A stretch of 63,775 nucleotides of DNA, filler included, from Stramenopiles sp. TOSAG23-3 (GCA_900128585.1; 8 parts of 8 records of this genome joined end to end with filler, not necessarily neighbours in it); one strand, 5' to 3'; numbered from the whole stretch's first letter, positions 21,506-34,100 are shown. A program made the numbers and translations. Notes: generated from the letters alone by a model not told the origin.

Positions 21506-22462
21506 TTATAAATCATTATTTATGTACATGCGAAGTAGTTTCGTAAAGTTCGGAAGAGGATCCCTCACAAGAGCCTCCAAAGCAAGCCCGGTGAACGTGT
21601 TATTAAACAGGTAATCTTCCATGTATTTCAGCAACGCAATTGTGCTGTAGGTAGGCACAAATATTTCACGGGCATACGCACCCGCAGCAGACTGAAGGAA
21701 TCCAAATGGTTCCGTTTGCAGGTTGTCGCCACTTTTGGAGCCGACTCGTTTCGCCTTCCCTCCCCAGACATCCTCACCGATCTCTTTAAGCGTCTCACTA
21801 TCGACGAGCCCGGGGATTTTCAAAATCAAAAAGCTCTGGCAAACGAGCTCAAGGATCGTTATCAGCAAGGCCAGCAGGCACACGACGGTGAAGCAAGGCT
21901 GGACCTTTCGCCAGAAGCCAAAGCAGGTGCCACCCTTTTCCCATTTTCTAGAATTGTCTATCTTTTTTCTCTCCGCATCCCACAACAAATCCTCCCTGCC
22001 CGCGAGCTCGTGCCGCTTTTCTAAGAAAACTCTATCTTTCGACGACAGATCTTTTGTAAACGCGCTCGTCAGTTTCTTCAAAAGTTTGTTTTCAGAATAC
22101 CCAAACAAATCTTCGTAATTATGAGGGCTACGGCAGAGTGGACAGCACGGGTTTGCTTTGAGCGCTTTTAATATACAATGCCTGCAAAAACTGTGGGCAC
22201 ACCGCAATGTGATGGGCCGGAGATAGGGACGAAAACAAATGCAACAAAAAAAGTCCTCTTTCTCCACAGCCTCGTTCCCCATAACAGTCAACCCCACCAA
22301 ACTTGCGTTGTCGGTACACGTACTTCTTAACCTCTCTATGCACCCCGTTGTAATTTCACTGTACAAACTAAATGATCCAAACGTAACTGAGCAAAAATAG
22401 TGAAACACGAACCCCTTACTAAAACCAAAACCAGCAATGGTATCAATGATAAGATTTATCAT
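21506..22462 (-). CDS. C3HC4 RING-finger protein with a TM segment (putative E3 ligase)
   Basis: CCICFRPYLRPITLRCAHSFCRHCI..CPLCR; hydrophobic FTVVCLLALLITILELVCQSFLIL. Start may instead be ATG 22282. Confidence 0.8.
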   Translation of the reverse strand: MINLIIDTIAGFGFSKGFVFHYFCSVTFGSFSLYSEITTGCIERLRSTCTDNASLVGLTVMGNEAVEKEDFFCCICFRPYLRPITLRCAHSFCRHCILKALKANPCCPLCRSPHNYEDLFGYSENKLLKKLTSAFTKDLSSKDRVFLEKRHELAGREDLLWDAERKKIDNSRKWEKGGTCFGFWRKVQPCFTVVCLLALLITILELVCQSFLILKIPGLVDSETLKEIGEDVWGGKAKRVGSKSGDNLQTEPFGFLQSAAGAYAREIFVPTYSTIALLKYMEDYLFNNTFTGLALEALVRDPLPNFTKLLRMYINNDL

Positions 22463-22792
22463 TCAAGATTTAAAATTGTAAATTTTGTTCCTTCATTCCC
22501 CAAAAAAGAAGAAGAAAAAAAGAGAAGAAAAAAAAAGAGGAGACAACAAAAAAATATATTATTATTAAACAAGAAGAAGAGGTTGGAATAGCATTGGATA
22601 TATAGCATGTTCACAGCATTTAATATTCTCAGACATCGGTGGCGGGTATTTGCTACAAATAGGACTTCAGAACGAGTAGACTATCCTGTAACCATAGTTG
22701 TAAATATTATCATTTATATTAAATAAATTTATGATGAAAAATTACGAATTTTCAGCAAAATTAGAGGAGGGGGTGGGGGTGTCTCCCTCCTT

Positions 22793-25700
22793 TTACTCCG
22801 CAGCATTTTTCAACGCGGTGATGGCAGCATTTACAAGCCTTTGCAATGCTTGGACTTCCCTGCTCAATTGCTTGGAGGAAGAAATCTGCTGTTTGCTACG
22901 ACTGGGGTCACTAAAGTTGTGGGAGTCCGAAATGACGGCCTGGGTGGCAACAGCGATGTTGTCCGCCAAAGCTTTGATTTTGTTCTCCATGATTGTTTGA
23001 ATGGCTTTTCGCTCCTTTCGATAAGTCGCCATTCTATCCTGCAGGCCTCGCACTTGGGCCTGTTCCGCCCCGGCGCTGTTGCCCTTTCGAAGCTCGTTGT
23101 TTTCGGCCTCCAACTGGCGTATGACGTCGTTTTGTTTTTCTATTTGACCACTGACGTCTAAGCGAAATTGGGCGTACTGCTGGCTCAGCGACTGAATGCG
23201 GGCGTGCAGGCTTGCAGTAATCTTCGAATTCTCCGCACTGTTCGATTCGCCCAGCTTCATCCGTAAATCGCTGATTTCAGTATCCCCCAGGCGCCGGGCG
23301 TCCAGCGCCATTTTCAACTCCTTTTTGACGGAATCCAGCTCGTTTTTCAGGGTCGCCACGGGTTGCTTCTGAGTGTTTAGTCTCGCTTCGATTTCGGATT
23401 GGACTAATTTCTCAAGTTTCTCTCGCAGCAAGTACTCCATGGAGACCTTCTCTGCCTGCACATCTTCCAACTCTTGAGCTAGTTTTTTCTGCTCCTGCTT
23501 CTGTACTTCCAACACGCGCGTCAGTTCCTTTATTTTCTCGTCCGCGTTGAGCATGGAGCGCATTTCCCCGTTTCCGCCCTGGTTATCTCCTACAAAAAGC
23601 ACCGTGTCATGGTACGGCGCGTACTTTTTTGACGAGCCCGGGCCCCCTTTGTTCGGCGTCTGCGGCCCAGCCGCGGCCTTGCCGCCCCCTGAAACGCCCC
23701 TCTCAGCGCCGGCCTTTCCCGCGGGGGCCGACCCGGCCGGCCTCCCCGCCATTTTCCGCCGAATTGCGGCGGCCCCTCCGGGGCTGCTCAGGATGACGCC
23801 GTCCTGTCCAGGGGCCCACGTCCCCAGGGCCTCGTTCAACTCTTCGTTCTTAATGGGGCTGTTCGCATTGTGCTCCATGGTCACGCGCTGAAGGTGGATG
23901 AGCTCGGCCGTCTTCTCGTCGAGCTTCTCCTCAAGCTTCTTCTGGTGACGGTCGTACGCGTCCAACTCGTCCTGGAGTGCCATGATCTGCTCGTCCCGCT
24001 CGTTCAGCCGTTGTGTCAGCGCGATCATGATGTCTCGTTGCTTCAGCAGGAGCTGTTTGTACCGGTCGACCTGGGCCTTTTCCTCCTCGATCGTTTCCCG
24101 CTCCTGCTCCAGCTCCGCAAGGCGCTTTTCGTACTGGCCCCGAATCTGGTCCCGCTGCTCCTTCAGGGCCACCCGAAAGGCCGGGGTATCTTCGACGTCT
24201 TTTCCCGGCTTCAGCATTTGGTCCTCCAGCTCGTAAATTCTCGCCTCCAGGCGCTTCTTCTGCTCCTTCTCCCGCATGAACTCCATCGAGCGCTTCTCCA
24301 AGGCCCGGATCGCGGCCATTTTGTCCTGCTCGGCCCGCCGCCGCTGCTCGTCGAGCTCCAACAGCCGCCGCTTGTCGACGACGTTCCGGGACCGGTTGTT
24401 CAGCTCCGCCCGTAGCTTCTTGAGCTCCCGTTCGTACTTTCTCAGCAGCGACCGCTGGTCGATGTCCTCGTTAATCACCGCGACGTTCTTGATGTTCTTG
24501 GCGCGGTTGGCGAACTTTAGGGTGGAGATGGACTCCGACATGGCCTCCATGGCCGGGCTCACCATGGCCATCATGGTGGTCTTGCAGTTCCCGCCGAGGG
24601 AGTCTTCCAGGATACGGGTCAGCTTGCTGTCGCGGTAGGGAATGTGCTGGCGCCCGCGGGAGTCCGTCAGCGCCGCGATGACGTTTCCCAGCGCGGACAG
24701 GGACTGGTTGATCTTCTTGCTCTCCTCAAGGCGCTGGCCGGTGGCCCCGCTGAGGCGGACGCGCTCGGACCCCGCCAAGTCCACCAGGTTCAGCTTCCCC
24801 ACCTTGAAACTTTGCCGAACGTTGGACTCGAGGGCGGCGAGGTCGGCCTGGGTCTTACTGTTCTTGACGAGCTCGTGGAACTTTTCCGGGGCCAGCTCGG
24901 CGCCGCTGGCGTCGACGTAGGTCGTCTCACTCTGCTCCGCGATGATGATGAAGACGGCGTGGCTGCGGCTGGAGATCTCGTTCATCTTCGTGGACCCAGT
25001 CGCCCGGACCGTTCCTCCCCGCTGCATGAGCATGTAGATTTCCTGCGGGGAGCGGACCACCCACTCGGACAGGCCCTCGACGAAGACCCCGCGCGTCTTG
25101 TCCTCGCGGATGGAGAGACTGCTCCGCTCGGGTTTGAGCAGGTCGGATATGTTCTCGTTGTAAATCTGTAGGTAGGAGGCCCGGACCAGGAAGCGCATCC
25201 TCGGGGACACCGAGGTGGAAATGTAGGAGAAGATCTGCTCGATGGACCGGGGGATGATCCCCCGTAGGTCGTGCTGCTTCTCATGAAAGCCTTCCATGGT
25301 GTACGTCTTCCCGGTGCCGGTCTGCCCGTACGCAAAAATGGTGGCGTTGTAGCCCTGGAGCGCGCTGTCAACGACCCCCTTCGCGGTGTTGTTGTACACG
25401 TTCTCCTGCGAGGCGCTCTGGTCGTAGACGTGGTCGAACGTGAACCGGTGGGTGGAGTAGGGCCCGTACTTGTACCGGTACCCTTCCTCGTCCACGTCGT
25501 CCGGGTTCTCGCTCAGGGTGATCGTCCGGAAGGACTGGTCGACCGCGACAATGTTCTGAAACGGCGCGTCCCCGTTCAACTCTCGGGGTAGGGGGGGGGC
25601 GGACCCTAATGACGACCTTGAAGTTGCTATTCGTGGACTCCCCCCGGGCAATGTACTCGTCCCTTTGCCGCCTCCCCGGCGACCCCAACGGCCCCGACGA

Positions 25701-25877
25701 GTCCCGTTTGCCCGTGTCCCTATTCATCGCCCTCTCCCTCCGCTTCTGCCCCGTGGGAGCTTGTTGTTTCGGCTGGCTCTTTTCAACGTGTTTCTGCTGC
25801 CACTGATGGCGGACGTCGTCCGCCGATATCCTCGGAACGTTGCCGCCGAAGACCCCCCGCCCCCCGTAGTTACTCAT
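22793..25877 (-). CDS. Kinesin with N-terminal motor and long coiled-coil; one-base frameshift at 25591-25599
   Basis: GYNATIFAYGQTGTGKTYT, NEISSRSHA, LNLVDLAGSE, HIPYRDSKLTRIL. The motor-start motif FKVVIRVRPPLPRE is split between ORF 25368..25877 and ORF 22793..25651. Confidence 0.93.
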
Positions 25878-26277
25878 CGTTCTCGACCGCGCGTGCTCGA
25901 CGACAGGTTCTCACCGGAGCACCACACCACTGACTACTAGTTTAACCAACGCCAGCGATTTTTAAAATCTTGGAGTCAAACCGTCCCTTTACCTGTTATC
26001 CTTCTTTTTCCTTTCAAAACTCAACCCACTAGACGAGTCTACATCCTTACTTTTAAATATACCTACACCTTTCAACACCCCTGAATGAATGTATAAGAAA
26101 GAAGGATTTTATTATTGTAGTATTTCTTCTTTATTTTTTGTAGTAGAGTTGTTAGCGGCGATATTTTTTTTAATTTTTTTTGTTTGTATACTTAATAAAT
26201 TAACAAATAGGTAATATTTGTATTGTCTAATTATATTATTATTTAACTTATATAATAATAATAATAAAACCGTTATT

Positions 26278-26580
26278 ATTTCTTTCTCTTTTCTTTCTTT
26301 TCTTTTCTTTCTTTTCTTTCTTTTCTTTCTTTTCTTTCTTTTCTTTCTTACTTTTTTGTTTTTCTTCTTCTTTCTTCTTTCTTTCAATTTTCAATTTTCA
26401 ATTGTCTCAAATCAGTTATTATTCGCATATTATACAATGAGCACAGTGGGTATTATACTACCTTCCCTTCTTACCGTACGAAGTGAAGAAGTGAAGCGAG
26501 AGAAGAGAATCTGAAGGGAAGAATGAAGAGAAGAATGAAGAGAAGAATGAAGAGAGCTTCTTTTAATTTATTTATATGGC

Positions 26581-26655
<75 letters not shown>

Positions 26656-26657
26656 TC
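26278..26657. repeat. TTTC-rich tracts, a 12-bp tandem (AAGAATGAAGAG x3) and terminal (TTTC)n
   Basis: Visible tandem repeats. Confidence 0.9.
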
Positions 26658-26757
26658 NNNNNNNNNNNNNNNNNNNNNNNNNNNNNNNNNNNNNNNNNNN
26701 NTTAATTAATTAANNNNNNNNNNNNNNNNNNNNNNNNNNNNNNNNNNNNNNNNNNNN
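26658..26757. other. Artificial contig linker
   Basis: 44N-TTAATTAATTAA-44N. Confidence 0.98.
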
Positions 26758-26759
26758 AA

Positions 26760-27057
26760 TAATTCTTCTCATTGGAATAAAAATAATTCCTCTGTGATGA
26801 TTGACAATCATCAACGACGAAACGAAATTAAAAAATCAAATTAAAACATCATCAAGATAGGATTAGGGTTGGAACTGAAATAGTACTAGTAAAAATCAAA
26901 TTATATAGTATGCTTCATAAGACTCTCATTTTAAATCGATTACTATTTCAGTTCCAACCCTAATCCTATCTTGATGATGTTTTAATTTGATTTTTTAATT
27001 CCGTTTCGTTGATTGTCAATCACTGAGGAATTATTTATATTCCAATGAGAAGAATTA
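26760..27057. repeat. About 300-bp inverted repeat (MITE/foldback-like), repeat family A
   Basis: 26826-26885 is the exact reverse complement of 26941-27000 (60 bp), and 26760-26779 of 27038-27057 (20 bp); 55-bp loop. Confidence 0.92.
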
Positions 27058-27420
27058 CTACCAAGTGGTAATATTTATATATAAAAAGAAAAAAGAAGGT
27101 GTCAGTTCAGCAACAATATCTCCTCCTATTGCAGATCCTCCCCAAGTTCTGCTCAAGATTCCAATTGATTGGTCTTTAAAGTACACAGCGGCATAAATGT
27201 TTTAAAGGGGCTCGTTGTCTGTGGTACTGCTCAATGAAATAATGATCGGCATTGAGTTTGATCGTTTCCTGCTCGTATACACATACAGATGTAAGTGTAC
27301 CTTCTGGGAATCCTAAACGGCTAGGCCGGTCAGCGATTTCTGTACGACTCTTTTGGTGTTGGGGGGGATAGATTATCAGTATCTCTTAAATTGGGTCCAA
27401 ATGCTGGAAAACCCGGAAAA

Positions 27421-27752
27421 CATACTATATGTAATTTGTTTTTTATATGTTTCGCTATAATTTGTAAAAACAAATTATATAGTATGCTTAAAAACTCTCA
27501 TTTTTTATATTTTATATCAATTACGATTTCAGTTCCAACCCTAGTCCTATCTTGATGTTTTAATTTGATTTTTTCATTTCTTTCAAAAACAAGAAAATTG
27601 GCTGTTATTTAAGTAATTAAATTTAGCTTCGTCATACCCTAATCCTAACTTGGTTCTGTAATCCAAATCCAATTATTATTAATAACACACTATTACATTC
27701 GCAGTACATTAATTTTAATTTTACTTAAAAAACAGCCAATTTTCTTGTCTTT
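27421..27752. repeat. Family A copy (27466-27580) abutting a family B element with about 30-bp terminal inverted repeats (27585-27752)
   Basis: 27466-27580 resembles 26891-27000. AAAAACAAGAAAATTGGCTGTTATTTAAGTAA (27585) is inverted at 27721-27752. Confidence 0.88.
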
Positions 27753-27915
27753 ATTAACACTATTATAATATATTAACTAAAAACGTTAATAAAATACCCT
27801 AATTTTAACATTGGAAAACCGGGCTATATGTAAATAGCTGTTTTATCTCAGACAAAATCTAGAAAGCTGACTAGCTGTAGTCGTTCTCGTAGTTTTATTG
27901 GAACATTTTCTGCTC

Positions 27916-29472
27916 TTAAAGCACATCATCGATTGACATATCATTCCCAACAAGCTTATCTACATAACCTTTATACAGATTTCCATTCTTAGGGTCGAGA
28001 TCATGTGCAGCAAAAAAGTTTGCTCGTGCTTCATCCAAGCATTGCATTTTGGCGCACAATTTACCTATTTCAAAGCGGACCGACGCCTCACGGGGGGCGA
28101 AGTCCCGGACATTTCGAAGTTCCTTGAGAGATTCTTCGTACATACACATTTGGGACAAGAGCAGCGCCTTTTGATAACGAGCTGTGGGGTTTGACGGCTC
28201 AAGTTCGGATGCTTTATTTAAAGCCGCCATTGCATTGGCTTTATCATTTGGATTCAAGCAGGAAATGACCATTCCCAAATAACAGTAAAGTACTGACGAG
28301 TTCCTGTTGATTGTTATAGCTTTTACAATATGAAAATGGGCTAATTGGTACTTTTCCTGGCGAAAATAAATGGTCCCTAAACCGTACCAAGCATTGTAGT
28401 GCTGTTGGTCAATGCGAATCGCTTGGCGATAAAAATCTATGGCTTTTTCGAAGTCTTCGTTGGAAACATATTCATGACCTGCCAAAGTATAGGAATATAC
28501 ATAAGTTGGTTTTACACGAATAGCTCTCTGAAAGAAAAATAATGCAGATTCATGTTCTTTTTGTAAACTAAAGGAATTTCCAACAGCGCACCATGTTTCT
28601 GGAGATTTGCGGTCTTGTCTTATTACTGTTTGTGCTAAATAACTCAAGTCGATTTCACGTTTTAAATGCCATAAACAAGTAGAATATAACGCCATTCCTG
28701 TACTGTCAACAGATTCTAATTGCCGCAATTTTTTGAATGTTTTGGCAGCACTTATGTAGTCTGCTAATCCAAAGAATGCTTGACCGATTGCGTCCAAAAC
28801 CCATGTAGTATTCATTTGCCTATGTGGCAAATTTGAAAAAGAAGTCAGGGCCTCTGAGCACCGGTAATTGCACAAGTGGAAGTAGCCTCGCGATGCCAGC
28901 TTTAACGTAGTAAATATATTCTTGACGCGTGTTTCTTCTTGCATTTTAACAGCACCATTACAACGCGAGGAATAAGTATCGCAAACGTCATCTCCAAGTT
29001 CAGATAACATTTTATATGCTGTCCAAAGGTATGGGTCGTTCGCGATACTGAACCTTAAACATGCCTTTGCTTCGTCGAATTTTTTGCTAGCTCGGTATAT
29101 TTTACCAAGTAGCAGAAGTCCTAATGACCCGCAAGGTACGTTAATTTTCTTTGCATTGCCCTTGTAAGTCGCAAAACTTACAAAATTTGCAGATAAACAC
29201 TCTGTTAACGTCTCCTCTGCGCAGCCCAGTTTACCGAGCTTAAAAGCAGAAAGTGCAAGAAGGTATCGGCTTTCTATACAAATATTTGAGGTAGTACCTG
29301 CAAGTTTTTTGTAAGCCCGCAATATATCTCCCTGTTGAAAGTAGCAATTCGCCAGATAATATAGCATTCGCGGCTCTTTCTTACGGGCGTACAAACGTTC
29401 TGCAATAAACGTAGCATCTTCGTAGCAGTGCAGACGCAGGTATGTTTCGACACGTTCTTCGGCTGTTTTCAT
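27916..29472 (-). CDS. CDC27: Anaphase-promoting complex subunit 3 (TPR), compact form
   Basis: YEDATFIAERLYA, DPYLWTAY, YSTCLWHLK, SPETWCAVGNSFSLQKEHESA, YTLAGHEY, HYNAWYGLG, APREASV. Confidence 0.95.
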   Translation of the reverse strand: MKTAEERVETYLRLHCYEDATFIAERLYARKKEPRMLYYLANCYFQQGDILRAYKKLAGTTSNICIESRYLLALSAFKLGKLGCAEETLTECLSANFVSFATYKGNAKKINVPCGSLGLLLLGKIYRASKKFDEAKACLRFSIANDPYLWTAYKMLSELGDDVCDTYSSRCNGAVKMQEETRVKNIFTTLKLASRGYFHLCNYRCSEALTSFSNLPHRQMNTTWVLDAIGQAFFGLADYISAAKTFKKLRQLESVDSTGMALYSTCLWHLKREIDLSYLAQTVIRQDRKSPETWCAVGNSFSLQKEHESALFFFQRAIRVKPTYVYSYTLAGHEYVSNEDFEKAIDFYRQAIRIDQQHYNAWYGLGTIYFRQEKYQLAHFHIVKAITINRNSSVLYCYLGMVISCLNPNDKANAMAALNKASELEPSNPTARYQKALLLSQMCMYEESLKELRNVRDFAPREASVRFEIGKLCAKMQCLDEARANFFAAHDLDPKNGNLYKGYVDKLVGNDMSIDDVL

Positions 29473-31178
29473 TTGTGTTGCTGTTTAAGTTACATTGCCT
29501 CACTGTTGCTTCACTTTGTACTTTGCAGACGGCGCATGTTCTTCCGCCTTTCCATGTGTGCAATTTGACTGCTGCAGTGGCTTCAGCTGAATTATTGGGT
29601 ATGATTTTTTCTTCAAATTGTTTTGTCCTCTCACTCGACAACAACAAAAAAACTGTAGTAGCTGTAAGAATATAAAATTAATTGTAATAGACGACTAGCA
29701 GAATAATAATATAATAGAGACGACGACCTTAACTGAATAAAAAAATTGAGGAATCAATGGAAGACGAATTGAAAACGTCGTACTGTTGAAGTACCTTGGT
29801 ATTACAATACCAGGTACTAGCTGTAGCAAAATAATGAAAATGAGACGAGATGTTCAAAACGACTAATTTTTGGGATCTACCAAACACACATAATTTCAAG
29901 CGAAACAAATTGCTGACAAAACACATTTCTAGACAGGACTTGCAATACTTAAATTAAAATTCAGTGGCGTTTGTCCAGAAGTTCTATAATAAATCGTAAT
30001 TAATTTGTAACATTATAATTAAGGATATATTGTTAGTATGAGCTTCCGTATGGACGGGCACAGCATCGTTAAAATAAGTTAAGGGTTTACAATATTCGAT
30101 TTTGTGATTCACCTGCTTTTAACAGGAAAACACGTAATATCGAAAGGAAATATATCGTATTTAAGTACTAATAAATATTCCTTACTTTTGACACCATGCC
30201 ACTTTGAGGTCAGGGAAAAATAAAGATAAAAACAAATTATTTATCGACTTCTTTGATTCCATTGATTCTACTCTAATGTATTAATAATTGTATTAGTCGC
30301 AATTAGAGTGTTATAAAATATTTAAATACTTGACGTATTATACTTTTTGTGACTTTTCTTGGCGATTTGCTGTGATTGTAGTAATTGTACTTTTAGCTGA
30401 AGGGATGTAGTATCTACCTTAGTGGCCACTTGGGCTAAGTTGTAATAATAAAATAAATAATCAATTTGTTTATTTTGGAACCATTGGTCGTGAATGAATA
30501 CGTCTACGTTGTGTTCCTGTAAACTATTAATTATCGCCGACAAGGTAGCGTGCACTAATGGTATTCCATGTAGTTGCCGGGAAGGAAAACCCACGAAGAA
30601 TTGCTCGTGGTGCTGTATTTATTGTTCCAGTTTCTTGGAAGCAGAAAAAAAAAGGTCGCGAACTTTTTAGGTCTTCCTCCATCCTTTAGATTAAGGAGAT
30701 TGAGCGCATAGCTTCGCAAAAGCCTCTACGATGAATAAAGTACATGTTTGGGCAGGTACGTAAAATATTCACGTATTCCGACAATTAGTGTATATACTAA
30801 AAATAAAAATCTACCTATGAAGGAGGAAATTAATCGGATCCCAATTTATTAATTTTAGTATACAAAATAGTACTTACATAAAATCTGAATTTTGCTTTTA
30901 ACATTACACAGCACATGTAATAGTAATACTACACACCATTAGAGAAATAAGAGTTTCTAGTGTCAAACAAGTTCAAAGATCCCCCTGCTAAAATCTTGGT
31001 GCACCCATCTCAGACGACTATTTTCCTCCTCCAGCAGAAGAGACTGGTATCCCCGAGAATTATTTTTTATATGTGCAAAACCAACAGATTCTTCGGCCGA
31101 AGGGCATTTACTCTAGGCATGTATTCCTTTTAACAAACGCTGATGACTACTACTTGTGCTGGCGATTTTTAACTTTAA

Positions 31179-34100
31179 ATGGAAGGGGAACTAAAGCAGC
31201 GGAGCGCTTCAAATTTTCTAATGACTTTGGAGGGGAACGATGTGGACACTGTGCGTGGTGAAATAGTTGTGTTCTTGAATAGTGCTGCTGATACTAGCAA
31301 TGAGTGTAGTAAACGTTTGCAATCACTTCAAAACGCGGAAGAAATCCTGCTGAATAGAAGAGATATTGATGAAAATGAGCGCTCGGCTCTTCTTCATGAG
31401 TTTGTCAACAAAGTTGCTGACTTTGCTCTTGATTCTGACGTTGAGATAAAGTGTTTCATTTTGAGTTTTGGAGAGGAACTATCTAAACGCCACCCGGAGC
31501 AACTTCCCCAAATTCTAGATGCAATACTTTTTGTTGCGAAAACAAGCGAAGACAAAATAGTTTCAAAAAAAATTCTGCAAACCAGCGTGCATATATATCG
31601 ATGCTGTTTAGCATACATAGCTAGAGAAGAGAAAAGTTCCGATGAACTCCTGGCAACGTGGAAGAAACTTTGTACTCTGAAAGTTCTCCTTCAAGAAAAG
31701 CTGGGCTCACCAAGTGAAGTTGTTAGGTCTCTAGCAATAAAATTTTTAGAAAGCATTGCTTTGGCACATTCAATAGTAACTCGTGATTTGAGCACAGTAA
31801 AATCATCAGCGAGTGATGCTCGGCTTGCACCTCATGGTCCAGATAGTTTTTCTCTTCTCGATATTCCAAAAAAACATTCTTTTTTACGCTTTGTAGACCT
31901 TCGGCATGTCGGTGAGAAAGTCGTTACTGAATTAATATGTTTATCACAGCTTGTTTTTAATGGAAAAAATGGGGATAGAGGAGAGTGTCGTTTGACTCCT
32001 AAAAATGTTCTTGTTGTTATCAATGCAATCACTGCGTTAAGTGTACATCGTTCTGGTTTCATGCCAACTGTTTCGCGAGGGCTGCTTCATCTTTATGATT
32101 TTTTTCGACAAACAAAATGTATCTCAATGAAAGAGACTAGGATGTTGACTAACTGTTTTAAAAGTTCGTTTCTCAAATTAATGAAGTTAACGTCGAGTTT
32201 AAAGTGGCATGATGATTTTACAGCAGTTCTGGTGACTTTGGGGGCAGCAGCTCAAGCAGAGAGAGCAAAACAGGTGTCATTATTAGCAGCTGTGCAATTG
32301 AGTAACCAACGGAGACGAAAACGTGCAGGGATGGAGACAGCCCAAGACTCAAAAAGACAACGGCTCGTGGCAGCGGACACTAAAAATCTTGAAAACTGGC
32401 CAAACTTGAAAAACTGTGTTGATATACGAAAAGGATTTGCAGACAAGATGAACTTGCAGGTTCTTATCGAATTCGTAGTCTTGGGGATGCAGTTTCTACC
32501 GTCAGCACCATCGCAAATGAAGTACCCATCGCACCGATCGTACCAACCTTCCCAAGCACTAAAATCGTTAATAGATACTCTTCAAGTTTTTGGTGCGACT
32601 CGGTTCAAATTTTCGACTAAAGAAGCGATTGCTTTGGTTAATGATTGCGTTGTACCACGAGAGTCTACTGGTGGAAATAGTTCGTCGGTTGATAATGCCA
32701 AAAATAGACTTTGCGAATTTGAAAGTTTAATGCTTGATCGCGTTGATACTGTATCGTATGATATTCTCAAGGCAAGACTATATCAGTTCTGCTCTCGATA
32801 TGGAATGAAACCAGACATCCCAGTATGTAAATGGCTTTCCTCATTTTTGCCGAACTTGCTCTATGCACAGAGAATATCTACAAACGAAAAGATTGATAGT
32901 AGCAATGTTTACCTAGACAAAGACTCAGACGTGAAGTCCCAACGGTGGAATTTGTATTGTTTTCTTTATTCAAATTTGCTATTGTCGACCGTGCACGAAG
33001 AGAACATAGACATTTATTGGACTTCCGTTCTCACATTATTCGAAGAACTCGTTAGTCCAATTTCGGGGCATTTTCAAAAGCACAAATTGGATTACTTTTG
33101 TTTCTTGAACCTTGTTCCGAGACTTGATTTTATAAAGATCCGATCGTTAGATTTAAATAGAAATGATTACAAAGAAGTGAAAAAAATTGCAGAGACACTG
33201 GCAGAAATTGCATGTTCTCGTTCTGCTCAATGTATTCGGGTAGATTGCTTGAAGAAATTGCTTAGCATGGCTGTATGTTCACAAGAAGCAACCGCTGAAA
33301 TGTGCGCAAAGCTTGTTGCAAGGAGACTATGTCCGGAAGCAAGTTTATCCCCTTTGATTCTGGCATATTCGCGGAAAATTGCCAATGTTGGAGTACAATG
33401 CTGTGGCACGACTTTACACAATTCTATCAATCTAGAGGATATTCGCATAAGAAATATGATGGCTTTACACATTCGGGTATGCTGTTCATACAAAGGGTTT
33501 TTTAGCGAACTTCTGGGACTCTATTGTTCTGCAAATGAAGTTGGAAAGAATGTAATGGTGCGTTTAGTTAAACGCATTGGTGGCTGTATGCGAACATATT
33601 CAGACGTAGTCAAAGTCGGTTATATAAAAAAGTTGTTTAACTTTCCTGACGATGCAATTGCATTAGTAAAAGTAATGCTTGAATGCATTATTGGCAACTC
33701 TCCCTCGGATACGCTTATAGAAACAGTAGACGAGTTGCACCAGTCTATTTCAGGTCGGAATATATGGCCCCTGATATATATTCTCCCCGGTATGACGCAC
33801 GATCGTATAACGAAGCAGTTTCTGCCAAAAATTTTGAAAGAAAATCTCTCAATCGGGCAGGCAGCATTAAACAAGCTCTTTGCAATGCCAACGCCTCAGT
33901 TTTCTCCCATCACTCTGGGGGAAATGCTGAAGTGGTTGCTTCAAATTCAACCTAATACTCTTGTTGAAAAGATTAATGTTGTAGCATTGGTCAATTACTG
34001 TTTATCCGATGCATTTGGTTTGATAAATGACTGCAGTGGGCTAAAATTTGTTATAGAAGATGTAGCTGTGAAAACAGTCACGCCTCCATTACTTCCCCGC

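Noticed and set aside
26860-26870. TTAGGG/CCCTAA as a telomere
   Set aside because: Only single units inside the repeat core, never tandem arrays.
27100-27415. Coding-like GC island between repeats
   Set aside because: Only short frames under about 60 codons, with no recognisable motif; possibly a gene relic, but unsupported.
30395-30480. Canonical U2 snRNA
   Set aside because: Only the TGTAGTATCT 10-mer matches; the conserved GGCTAAGATCA U6-pairing segment is missing.
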